Source: Chlorokybus atmophyticus (taxonomy: Eukaryota; Plantae; Mesostigma and Chlorokybus algae). Taken from it: 64,000 nucleotides of DNA. The stretch is from the NCBI GenBank assembly GCA_009103225.1, contig RHPI01002533.1, forward strand, positions 1,369,186-1,433,185, read 5' to 3'. The position numbers and the translations under genes are program-made. A model generated the notes under the pieces. That model saw only the letters and a program-made list of their open reading frames with translations. It made no database searches and was not told where the DNA came from. Below, piece by piece: positions 46,525 through 58,588 of this stretch (position 1 is the stretch's first letter; every line of letters begins with the position of its first letter).

Positions 46525-49387
46525 CTAAGCGTAGGCAAGGTCCGACTTCTTTGAGGACTTTGGCTTCAGTGCATCTACAACTGCGGATGACGGTATGCCT
46601 GATAGTTTCCCTGTGGGAGACGTGATTACCGTCACGTCTGCTGCATCTGGCACAAAGCGTGCTGCTGTCTCTGCTGAGGAAAACAGTGCAATGCTGAACA
46701 ACAAAGCAGATGGTCAGTAGTTAAAAAAGAAGACCACAACAGTCTAAGTTTAAGACAACAGCTTGTACCTTGGCACTCCTAGCGCCCTGGCTAGGTGAAG
46801 TACCGCTGTATTTGTGCTGACTACTATCTTGGAAGCGGCGACCAAAGCTGCCACCTGCACCATTATGCCAAAGTCAACAAATTGCTCGAGGCTTGCACAA
46901 GACAGCTGCTCTCACCAACAATACTGCAGCACATGACCATAAGAGCAACAAGGTGTTGACCTGGCTAAAGGAAGGGTTGGCAAACACTGTTGCTGACTCC
47001 GGGAGTCCAGCGGCGGCATCAGCCCGTGCAACAGGCACCACCACAGGTGCGCTGCATCAATTGTATCGACGCAAGATTTAAATGATGTAACCCTTACGCA
47101 AGAACTGTTGGACTCTAGCTTGCAGCCAAGTTTCACAACAGTATCTGACTGAGCCAGCGACACTAAAGTGACTCCGTCGTGTACACACCTTATTTGCTCG
47201 ATGATGGACGACCATGCTGCAACTGGCAGCAGGTTGTCATTGTCGCCAAGCATGGCCAGGGATGTCTGTGGGGATGACGCAAGACCGTGGACCAGTATGT
47301 AACTCTTCTTTGTGATGTTCTTGTCCGCCAAAGCCTGAAGGATATCAAGCATCAGACTGTCATAACAGTCCCATGCACTTGTCAAACAACGAGGGTGACT
47401 ATCTGAACGGTCATACAATGCCAGCACGCAGATCACATGCGGCCTACCTTTTCTGCCCAGCCTTGACTCTTTTCTGAAACTGCTGCCTTCAAGGTGGGAA
47501 CCTTGGCATTCAAGCCTTGCTCGATCAGAGAGTCAAACCTACCAAGTAAAAATCAATGCAAAGCAATTGAAGAGTAAACAAGCCATGTACAATATTGAAC
47601 AGCATAGGGCAGTCTGTGTCCGTCTGTTTGCATACAGCCAAGAAATTACAGTAAGGCAACTTACGCGGTAGCACCAATCGAGAAGATGTCTGAAGAAGGC
47701 GCAATGACGCCTCTTGAGAACAGCCTGGCCATTGAACCAGAACCATCAGGCCTGACATACATGAGCTTATCCCGGACGCCTGCCATGGTGAGAAAGGCGG
47801 ATATGCCTAGACCACCAGCACGTCCAGATACTGCTTTGCCATAGCAATAGCTCTGCCGACATCACAATGCGTTTAGTGTCAACATCGACCACTCGATTGC
47901 CAATTATAAACGGAAGTTGCATGCTGGAAAAACAGACTCACCTTCAGCTTGCCCACCATATCCATGTAGTCATCAGGTGTGACCCCGTCCATGTCAAAAG
48001 GCCATACGCGCCCGACATACGGGCAGAGATCGTAAGCGGGCTTGGCTTCGGGTGGGCAGACAACATCAATCCTGGCCTCTGGGTTTTGCTCTTTCAGCAC
48101 CTGCCAGCAGTCCGCATATCATGGCATAGGTAGTGCTTGTTGTACACTGATTGACTGGCAAGGAAAAATTGTGCAACTGGTAGTGTGCTCCTGCATAAGC
48201 TGTGCACAACATGCAGTACAATTACACAGGACGAGCCCAATCATACCTCAAGCACTGGAAAGAATAGCAACTGCTCGCCAATCCCTCCGGCTGTCACTGT
48301 CAAAACACTGCGCACGCAGCACTTGATTCAGTGCATCTGTTCAAGCACAACCTCCACAAGAACATCAAGAAGCTGCATTGGTTGTGTAAAGGCAGTCTGT
48401 GCTGCGGTATGGCTGAATAGTGAGCACCTGATCCCACAACAACGCCACAACAAGGCAGCCGCATCCACTTGAATGCATGTGTGCTGCAACAAATTAACGC
48501 AACGAGGTACATGTGGCGTGCAATTACTTTTGTGAGTCGCCTCTAAGGTAAACTCCCAGGGTTGCTAGCTCAGGGTTGTACATCTGAGGGAAATCCAGGT
48601 ACCCAGTGCCATCGTTCGACCGCTGCAGACCCTCAAGCGCTGCTGGTTGTTTCTCCACCTGCAAACTCGCTGCTGTCAACAAGCGTGTCTAATGACAGAA
48701 TGCAGCAAGAATCCTAACTTTGAGGTGTTTAAATCTTGCCCAACATTTCAATCTTGATGCTCTCCATGATAACAATAAAAACTAGCCAAACATGCACCAC
48801 TCCACAATGACACCAACAACGACCAGCCAGATATGCACCATAACGCGCTGCTGACTCATCACCGGTGTCAGCATGCAACTTCACAGCTGGCCGAGCTCAG
48901 TAGTTCAAGGTCGCATTGCCTGTGCGGACCGTGTCCAATCCTGTGCAAGTCCGCATTATGTCAAGCGGACTTGGACAGGGTTGTATACAAGTTAGCTTAG
49001 GAAAATACGGACTTGTACACAGTCCTGTACAGTCTTGTACAAGTGTGTTCAGGGTTTGTGTACAAGTTCGTTGGAGACCCAGTTGAAGCAAGCTCCCAAA
49101 ACTATGTAAACATTTTAAAATTGCTATAACACCAGCTTCAACGGCCACGTGGTTGCACTCGCCTTCTGCAGCTTGGCATCCTCGCCGCTTGAGCTCTCGG
49201 CACTGGCGAATGTGACCAGACGAGCGCCCTGCCGCCGCTTGCTCGCGGCAGCATTAGGGTGTGCAATGTGCGAGCCGGGTGCAAGCGAGCCCGCCTTTGC
49301 AGAGCGGCAGCAAGCCACGGGTCTTCCCAGCCCCTTCCATGTGGTCACCGCCGCCGCCGCCATCGCCGCCGCCCCGCCATGCGACAT
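46525..49387 (-). CDS. PnsB1: Photosynthetic NDH subcomplex B subunit 1 (NDF1/NDH48; GT9-like fold), 10 exons
   Basis: Phase-consistent exons 49387-49163, 48658-48528, 48307-48247, 48100-47942, 47852-47665, 47538-47448, 47334-47189, 47051-46961, 46854-46769 and 46693-46525. Peptides GYLDFPQMYNPELA, GGIGEQLLFFP, YMDMVGKLK, YILVHG..LLPVAAW, STNTAVLHLA and IALFSS..RFVP match recalled Arabidopsis PnsB1 blocks. The N-terminus is transit-peptide-like. Confidence 0.92.
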
Positions 49388-50426
49388 CGCCGCCCGCCAC
49401 TATGGTTTGTCAAACGGCCGTTTCGGGAGCTGAACGACCGAGCCACCCAGTCAACTAACGGCGTCGCGCAGCCCGTCCGCCGCACGATCCGCGGTTAGAA
49501 AGGGCTGAGCCGGCGCTTGATAGCGGTTAGCTGGCAGGATGCCCGGTCAGATTAACGGACACAAGGCGTAGGGTTTGAAGTCAGCGAGGTGAGGGAAAGC
49601 AGCGGATAAGGCTGTGGAGTTGTTCGCCGAGAGACACTGGGCCATCGTTGAAGGCGAGCATGAGGATGAGAAGCTGAGTTCAGCAGCAGCTGCTGCTTCC
49701 TCTGTGCATGGCGTACAAGGTCAGGAGGCAACCAACAGACCGGCCAGAAGAAAGGCTGGTAGTGGAGGGAGGGTACAGGGAAGGGGTGTGGTGCATGTCT
49801 CATGCAATGCAATCTCTCATATGCGTGCAATGCTGTGATGTCCACCTGAGAACTCGACTGTGATGTTGTCAGTCTTCGGTGCGCGGGCATTATGTCCTAA
49901 CTGTGGAAGAGGCGCGTTGCGTGCAGCAATACTGGCAAAAGACGAGCCTCACCTTTGATACCGCCACAGGTGTTTGCGGATCACCCTGTGGTTGCTGCCT
50001 GGATGGTACGGACCTTTGCAGGCACTGCACGTCCTTCCCGAGCTTTGCTATCGCAGCAGCGGCCAATGGCAACAGGTAGTGTGCATATACTCAGTTGTGC
50101 TTTATCCTTGCGTTATGTGAACCGACTGTACCAGTGTTGGTAAATGCGGTCGGACGCTTTGCAGCACGCGTCTCACGGTTGATACCATGCCAACTGCCGT
50201 GCCCGCCAGCACACGTGTTACCCAGGTGGGACTCCGCCAATGGATGGTACGCCCCTGAGGCAAGGCAAGCAGAGCGCAACATCTGCATTCGTCGAACAGC
50301 AGGTGGCTGCTCCGCCCACCTCCCGGCAAATGCAATATGAAATTGCAAGTACGTGTTTGGCGAAGTCCTGCCGGCATCTATTGTTATTGGTATGTCGTAT
50401 GTTGACCACAACCGCACAGTGTGCAG

Positions 50427-50556
50427 ATCAGCGCTTGATTGTCAAGTTCTTATTCATGCAGGAGCGGAAGCACATTGAGATTGACGAGCTCACAATTGCC
50501 TAAAGAGAACTTTGACCCGCATTGCATGGATCCCGCGGACTACTACGACGCACTCG
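50427..50556 (+). pseudogene. SAP30BP/HCNGP-like fragment with internal deletion and frameshift
   Basis: DQRLIVKFLFMQERK..IEIDEL/LPKENFDPHCMDPADYYDAL resembles the IDELGTNYPKDMFDP..YYEAL core of HCNGP. Confidence 0.55.
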
Positions 50557-50849
50557 GTATGTCCCTCAATCGCCTTGACTGCATGCACAGCTTTGGATGA
50601 GCTTTGGGGCTGTTGCGGGGAGAACATAAGGACCAAGACAAGGTTGCTCATGAGAGTGAGCAGTTGTTAACACTCTGAGACTTAGCTGGGCTGTGCAGCG
50701 GCCATCCTGCTGAGCATCAGCGACTGCTGAGGTTCTACTGATGAACTATGGTCCAGTGCTCGTTACGCAGTACTTTCACTCTGGATGTGCCATCTCTTGA
50801 CAACCAATAGTGTATCCAAGTGTGTGCAATGGCATAGCTCACTAGTTAC

Positions 50850-51641
50850 TTACAGTCATTGCTTGGCAGCTGCCAGGCAGCGAAACGAAAGGCTGGGCGC
50901 AAGGAAGCACAGCCCAAGCCGGATGAGTTCGTTCAAGGTGATGTCCAGCGCATGGCTGTGGGCGACATGCGCGTGACGCTCTATGGCGCAGAGAGACGGC
51001 CTGGTGTCTCGGCATGCCCCGAGTTGCAGCATTGACAGGTGCGTGTGCAGGGGGCCAAGAGCACATATCTTCGGCGCTGCACGGTCTTGCATCACGTACT
51101 TTGTTGTCAAGGAATTTGAGCCAACCTGTTCAGGTGACTAAGAAGTCATGGCTGTCACTGCAGCTCTTTGAGGGTCCGCGGCAGGTGACACGGTTGCAGC
51201 TGGCGCCAAAGCAGCGGTTGCTGCCAGCAAGTGGGACAAGGTAGCGCTCAAGACTTGATCAGTTGCACACATGGTGCACTCGTCCACCGTGCTTAACAAG
51301 GTCAGCAGATTCGCGTTGATTGTCATCATGTTGGGTTGAGAGCTCAAGCCCGCCACTTCCTGCAGGCGCTCCGGCAGCATGTGTGTTACGCGCAACTAAC
51401 CAATGGCATTCAGTACCTTGGAGTTGAGTTGATCAAGCTTACAACCTGGCAATTGCGGGGTCGTCAACGGCACTAGTTGCTGGTGTGGGGCAGTAGTTCG
51501 TTGTTGTGAATGATGTATTCCTTTTGCTTTTGCAAAGCGTCTGCTAGTAAAAATGAAATAACTACAGGTCACTGCAAAGTGGCGGATAGGCAAGCACTTA
51601 CATGCAGCGACATGATGGTGCCTTTTGGTAATATGAGGCAT
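50850..51641 (-). pseudogene. hAT-like transposase (DUF659-type) remnant
   Basis: Three ORFs lie in one frame, separated by stops. LLSTVDE, EQVG..YVMQDRAA and HALDITLNEL echo the SVD, VVTDNAA and HCIDLMLED motifs. Confidence 0.55.
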
Positions 51642-53399
51642 GATGAAAATTTGAAAACAAATGGTGACTGATATTATATGGTACTATTTTCATTACTTGT
51701 TGAAGATGTATGATTTTAGTAATTGAAGCAATAATGTGATTGTTTAATCAGTATAAAAGCAACAATATTGTCAGATTATGCATGCTTATCCGCAACAATC
51801 AATCACAGGTGCTTACACGAATATACACGCCACAAGCTGATATATGAATGCATTAGCTCCAAGCATTATGAATTTAAGTTTTAAGTTAAGTTTCGTATTG
51901 TCTACTTCTGTTGCCACCTCGCATAGTTTGCAAGCTAAGTTATAGTAAGCAATGTTTTCTCGCACTTTTACTTAAACCCATTTCCCGTTGCAAAAAACCT
52001 GTTACCTTGCTCGGTAAGACATGTTCCTTTGAAACTGTGCCACATGCGGCATTGTTTTTCATCTTGCTCCCCTCTTGTTGCACTGTTCTTAAAGAGAATA
52101 CGACTCAATTCGACTAACCTCACAATTGCTATCCGCTCTTAAGCGCGCAATCTCTCTGAGTCGTTGCACTTGTGCGTGTACAAGCCCAATAATGGCAGCA
52201 ATGCTGAATCCAATATTTATCCGATCATTGTACCCACAGGATGTTAATGCGCTGATCCGCTGTGCTCTTTGATGCAACATCAAGAGGGAGGGTCCTCATG
52301 CCATCAAGCGAGGGAACAACATGTCAGCAACTGCAAATTATCTGCATAAATTACTTCAGCATTATCTGCATTATCTGCATAAATTACTTCAGCATTTTAC
52401 GTGCTTTTACATTTCTTTATCATTAACAACAAGATGAGCTTCGCGTACTGGAGGCGTATTGCTTACGGGGCAAAGTGTGTGTGGCGTCGTATGGAAGACT
52501 AGTGATTCAATTGGTCATATCAAGCACTACAGCATTGAAGACTGTCTCATCAGCATAACATAAGAGCTATATTACTCATATAAGGCCGGTTGATCACTAT
52601 TGTCGGTGCGGATTGCTGCGTGGTGCTGAGTGTTGGCAGTTGATGGGGGGGGGGCGACAACACTGAACTTTTGTTAACTGATTACCTTGTGAAAAGCTAG
52701 ACATGTCTGACAGTAGCAGTGGTGTTGCGCTATCATGTACGCAGCATAGCCGTTTCAAGCGCACACTGACAATGACAATAAAGTGTCATAGCATTGACGC
52801 TAGGCGCACGGGGCATGCGTACCAGTTGACCGTGATCGCAATCCTGTTTCAGCAGCGAGGCGTCTCTGCACAAGCAGCAGAGCACTTTCAGTTACACGCC
52901 TTATTGTTGCCGGTTGCCCGTATGCAATTCCCGCATGCTCGCTGATGCGGACTGAAGTTTGGTGGGACTTTGATGATCTGTGAAGATGAGGTGCAGCTTT
53001 TAGAGTATAAAGAGCGAGTTGCAGCAAAGCCCAGATCAGCTAACCAACAAAGCTTCGCACGCCTGTTTGATTGTGCTGTTGTGCAGCTGCACTGTTGCGA
53101 GCTTGTGGCCAGGTACGCAGCTACACACCCGTGTCTCACCCGCCGCGCTGGTCGTCGTCGTCGTCGACTCCCAGCGCAGCGCAGCGCAGCAAGCGAGTGC
53201 CCGCCGTCGTCGCTCAGCCGCTCAGCTGCCTGCTTCCCCCGCCTCCTCCTCGTTGTCCTCGCCTGTGCTTGCCGCGCAGAAAAGTAGCAGCTGCTAGGCA
53301 GCAACCTGACAAGTCGTTAGTGTCGACCCGACGACGACGACGGCGGCGGTGGCGGTGGCGGCGGCGTCGAGGAGGAGGCCCGTCTTGCAATCTATCGCT

Positions 53400-53863
53400 A
53401 TGCTGCAGCTGCAGGACGCCTGCGCCACGTCCTTGGCCGCTGCTGGTCTGCGGTGCCAGCGGAGACGGACACTCCCCTCTCCGCCCTCGCGACGGCGCCC
53501 GACGTGTGCGTGCGCGGCTGCGTCCGCGCCTCCGTGTGCGTCCGTGGGTGCGGCGGCGGCGTCGACAACCGAGGCGGCGGGCTGCGCGTTGCGCGTCCAA
53601 GCTCTAGAGGTACGCACGGATGACCATGACGAGGTTGTGGTAGTGGGTGTGTTGCTGAGTGTGTGGGCGTGTGTGTTGCGCAGAAGAACTGTCCTTGTCC
53701 CGTGTGCGTGGGTCGCGGCAAGGTGATCTGCAAGATGTGCCGGGGCTCGGGGCAGACGGGAACGCCAGCGCCGGACAGGCGACACGTGCCATGCGAGGGA
53801 TGCTTCGGATCGGGGAAAATCACATGCATACGATGCGCAGGACAGGGGTTCGTCTTCCCATGA
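53400..53863 (+). CDS. DnaJ-type cysteine-rich zinc-finger protein (4x CxxCxGxG, no J domain), probably plastid-targeted
   Basis: Exons 53400-53609 and 53684-53863 (phase 0). Motifs CPVCVGRG, CKMCRGSG, CEGCFGSG and CIRCAGQG. Ala/Arg/Ser-rich N-terminus. Confidence 0.88.
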
Positions 53864-54397
53864 GAGAGCGATGGAGGCATCGACTCAACTCAACCACACC
53901 GCACACAGCACGACCCATGTACAGCAGCCCTCCCCTGACACTACCGTAGTGTAGTGCGTAGCACAATAACCCCTTTCTCAGTCTCAAGGAGTACAAGAGA
54001 TGGTATGCTCTCGTGTTCTACGCATGCGCACTTGGTTGAGGATCACTAGAATAGGGCGCATCCACCATGATGTGTAGGCACAGCAAGTAGTGGCCGCAGA
54101 TGCACATGCTATCAATGCATGTTGTTCGACCATGACACCACACAGGTGTGTATTACCATCATCAGTGCACAGTGTCTGGGGTAGTGTTGTGCTAGATGCA
54201 GAAGCTGTTTAGCCCTAGTTAAGCGCCTTAAGGATGTTAGCTGCCTGCTGTACAAACAATTCGCCACATCATTGTGTGTGAACAATGTATTGAGTGCCGT
54301 GGTTGGTACTATGCATGGCAATTGCACTCCGCATGTTTATACACATGCAACAAGGTACTTGCGTGTCAGCGCCACAGCATGTCCACTACTACAACTC

Positions 54398-56123
54398 TCA
54401 ACTACTCTCATTCGAAGTGGCTGTGGCGAAACTACTATTACTACGGTGGCGCATGGCCAGCAGCGAGTCCAGGCCAAGCTCATCCAATTCATCATCGTTG
54501 TCCACCATTGGCGGTGGCATTGCATTGGCGGTTGCGGATGGAGAAGAGAACAGGCTCATGGGTTGATGGTCGGCAAACGGTGCCGTGTTGTTAATGGTGG
54601 TGGCAGCGGCAGCAGGGGCGATGCTTGCGCGATTGAGGGCTTCCTGCAGCGCCGTGATCTCGTCCTGCTTGCGCTGGATCTCCTCGCCGCGCTGCGTGAG
54701 CTCCTTCGTGTGGATCTTAAACACCTCTGACCAAGCAGCAACAGGACAGACAGTGGTGTGTCAAGAGGCCAGTCTGGCGGGGTGGTGGGGGCCATACAAG
54801 CTGAAAAGAGAGAGAGAGGTGGCGTACCGCTGGTGGATTCAAGCTGTTTTTCAAGGTCTGCAGCATGCTCTTCGGCCTTGCGTTGCGCAAACTGCGCCTC
54901 CTGGCGCTCCTATCACATGCGCATGCAACCACCGACCCAAGTCATCACAAACGTCGTGAGAGGAAGTTCTCAGGCAAAGATCATGCATGCTGTCTGGTCA
55001 ACAACCCACACTGATGGTCGCAATCGTGCTTGCTCTTGTAACATACCCTGCGCGCGACCTGCGCAGCGGCCAGCGCCTCGTCTAGCTCTCTGCCCAGCAC
55101 GTCCACCTTACGCTCCAGCTCCTGAACACACCAACAGCATCAAGCAGCAACCAAAATACAGCCCCTACCCTGCAATATGCAAACAGAGCGTGCAGAGTAT
55201 CTCCCCCCCCCCCCCCCCCCCTCCCTTCCCCACAGAACGTACTCAAATGCACAAACAGTCCGTATGGGACTGATTACGGGCATGCTGTGACAGTGCACAC
55301 AGGCCAAACCCTCCATGCAAAGTAGAGAGGCAGTAAACGTGCATGCATGTGAGCTGAGATAGTGCAAGCAGTTTCCTGGGTTAGGGTTAGCCTGCCCCTT
55401 ACCCTAATCTTGCGTGCGAGGTCTGCGGCGGTGCGTTCTTTGGCATATCGTCCCTCTTCCAAGTAGACCGCGCCCTCCATCACACGCTGCAACCTCTGAA
55501 ACGCGCGCGACATCTGCACGGGCATCGTTCTCAGCTCGCGTGGAGCACACGAAAGCTTGCGATAACTTGTACGCTTGAGGAAGCCATGAGGCAAAGAGCA
55601 ATATGGCAACTGTGCAGGATTTACGCACACCACAAAACTGTGGCTTGCAAAGTAGCAGCATGCTTCATGCATGACGAGTCATACGGAAACGCCTCACTGT
55701 TGTGCGATTGCATGCAATGCTTGGTTAAAGGAGGCAGACGCACCTCTTCCACATTGTCGACGGCGTCGTGCCACCGCTCGCTGCTGAAGCCTTCGCTGCC
55801 CGCCGCCGCGCAGGCGTTGTGGGCAGGCTGCTGAGGCTGTCTGAGGCTGTTCGCGTTGGCATGCTGCTGCGTGGGGCGGTAGTCCTGGGAGATTGACGAC
55901 GACGGCGATGGGCCGCCTGCGTCGCTGCCGCCGCCGCCGCCGCCGCCGGGAGCTGTGTATAAAAACTGCGCCGACCACAACAGTCAAGTAAACATGACGA
56001 TGCTGGCGGCTGATCACACAGGACAATTCTCACCCTAAATCCTGGGTCAGTGGATGGGATGGCGGCACCGCTGCCGCTGGCACTGCGACGATGATTGGGC
56101 CTGGCCGCCGCCGTCCCCGCCAT
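54398..56123 (-). CDS. Hypothetical coiled-coil protein, about 6 exons
   Basis: Phase-consistent exon chain from ATG 56123 with donors at 55744, 55403, 55059 and 54828, acceptors at 55573, 55121, 54909 and 54726, and stop at 54398. Heptad-like ELERKVDVLGRELDEALAAAQERQEAQ. Confidence 0.7.
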
Positions 56124-56947
56124 CCCTGCCGCCCTGTCCTCCTCCGCCTACGCTCCCCCCCCACGGAACCGACTTGTCGTCGTCCAACTTCCTTCAATGC
56201 TACTCCCTACCTTTCGCTGTTCAGGAAGCTTTCGCACACCCTGTTGATGACACGACGCAATCTCTATTCTAATTCAAATTCAGAACAGCACAGTGCCACG
56301 GCCTCCGTTTGGTTGCAACGCAGTTATACCTCAAGTCAGTTAATGGACTCTTTGCATGGTGCACCCTGTTCACAGCGGGCAGCCCAGCCCAGTTTCGTCT
56401 AACGGGGATGGTTGAACTCCCTCCCCCCCAGCGCAACTTGGTTAGCTACGTGAAAACGGGGTACGGCTGTCGTTGTGCGATAGGATAACCACAACCGTTT
56501 CCCGCGCAACTTGTCCCCGCCATTCCGCATTGCGTTGTGGTGTGTGCTTGGTACCGATCAGGCACATTGGTTGCCGCCGCCCGCCGCCGCCACCGTCTCC
56601 TCAGCATCGCCGGGGACAGCCTCCTCCTCCTCCTCCTCCACCTCCCCGGATCGGCCTCGTCTGCATCGCGCTGTCGCTGCGCAGCCCGAGACATACTGGC
56701 CCAGTCAAGCAGCGCCAGAGAGAGTCACACTCCGCCTGTCACTGTCATCCCCAAGGCGCAAGCTCGCCTTGGCCTGCCTTGGCAAGCACAGCGTGCGTGC
56801 GTGATGGCAAGGCGACATCGAACCTAACCTCCCATCACCATTTTCATCATCACCCATCAGAGTTGACGTCTAGCACGCATCGGCCGGGTGCGGCACCTCA
56901 CACGATCTGGCGGCGCTGCCGAGACCGCCATCACCTCCAACTCAGAC

Positions 56948-58378
56948 ATGGTGAGTGCACTGCATCACAGCCGCCGCCACTGGTATGTACACACAGGGCT
57001 GAATGCGATCACGGGGTGGCTGTGACACGTTGATGTTGACAAGGGTGGTCTCAACTCGATCTGCTGTCTACTACTGCATGGTGATCTGGCATCGCACGCG
57101 CACAAACAGCACATGCCGGGTCTTGTCGCCATGTATGTGAAACCCATACAACAATATATACACTGGTCGAGGCTTGGTGCTAACAGAATGTCACCTCGGA
57201 GCGTCTGTTGTCACACGATCCCTTGCTCCATTCTTTCATCACCAATGACGCATGTGATGTGTTCATGCTTGCAGAACCTGTCTGTTCGTTTGCGGGAGCG
57301 GGAGGGTCCCCTCGCCCGCCTCAAAGTCCCCTTGACCGTCCCTCTGATCGGTCTCCGCCTCGGCGTGGGCGCGACGGCCGGCGCCTCCGAGGGCGTATCC
57401 TTGCACGCGGGCGGCTTCTTCTCCGGCATCTCCTGGCGCGTGCAGGCCCACCCGTCCTCATCCTCCTCATCCTCGGCGTTGCGCGTGTTGGCGAAGACGG
57501 CGTTGGGCGGCAGCGACGGCGGGAATGCTTTACGATTGGCCGCCGAGTACGACGTGAGGTCCAGACAGACAAAGGTGACGGTGAGGTTCAAACCGAGGCT
57601 GGGAGCGCTGTCGTTACGCCATTCGCATTGCACGGACTGCGCGCATGGAGGAGTCGCAATCAAGTCACCCACACCGCACAACGCACCCAAACCCGCGACA
57701 CAACAAGATCTGAGACACATACACATGCATGGAGCGGAGACCAGCAGTCAGGGGCTTGTGCGCGCAGCACCCACGCCCACCACGCGGCCGGTCGGGGCCA
57801 CGGGAACAGCAACCACAACGACACCTCATGTGGACAGCCACACACCCTCCACGTCTGGATCGTCAGGTGGACTGATGCAGCTTGCGACGACGGGGTTGAA
57901 TCGTACCGACTGCTGCCTGCACCTGCACAACATCGTGCCGCTCGGAGACCGCGCGTGGTTCAAGATCAGGTGGGCGGTCGCCATGCCGACGGAACTGCTC
58001 TTTGGGGGACCAAACAGCCAAACACTCGCGAGGTGACACACGCACACCCTCTCGCGCTTTTGCTGTCGCACACACGCGCACGTGAACACACACGCATGCT
58101 TGCAGGCGCGCGTGGGTGGGGCTCACGAAGAACGCGTTCGTGAGGCTGGACAAGGTGTCGCTCGTGCACATGAAAGACAGGTGAGAGTCAATCGCATCGC
58201 TGCAAAGATGTCGCGTGTCTAACGTGTTTGTGTTGATGATGTCAGGAGCATGGCGAACCAGTTGTTGTGCACTCAATGCACCGCGTCTCCAGGCGTGCGC
58301 GAGATCGCGCCGTCGGGTCAGCCGTTCGACCATCTCGCAAAAACATACCGCAGCATGGTAAACGCCATTGGACTCTGA
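56948..58378 (+). CDS. OEP40: Chloroplast outer envelope protein 40-like beta-barrel pore
   Basis: Exons 56948-56950 (ATG only), 57275-58032, 58106-58180 and 58246-58378. NLSVRLREREGPLARLKVPL, RFKPRLGALSL, KIRWAVAMPTEL and FVRLDKVSLVH align with recalled At3g57990 blocks. Confidence 0.75.
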
Positions 58379-58588
58379 CAACCGCACATCAGGTTGGTCA
58401 TAGGTCATAGGGTCATCTTCTTAACGCGCATCGCAGGAAGTTTGTTCACAACACAGTATGCACGTTGATAGGCGGTACAGTGTCAATGAGGTCCTGCTGC
58501 TGTGGGTCAAGCCAAGGCCGTCTGTGCGCTGCTATAGTATAGTCGTCCCCTGTTCCTAGATGATCAGATAGTGCATCTCAAGGATGCA

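Noticed and set aside
50850-51641. Degenerate paralog of the mTERF-like gene
   Set aside because: The resemblance was superficial. The single interrupted frame fits hAT/DUF659 motifs better.
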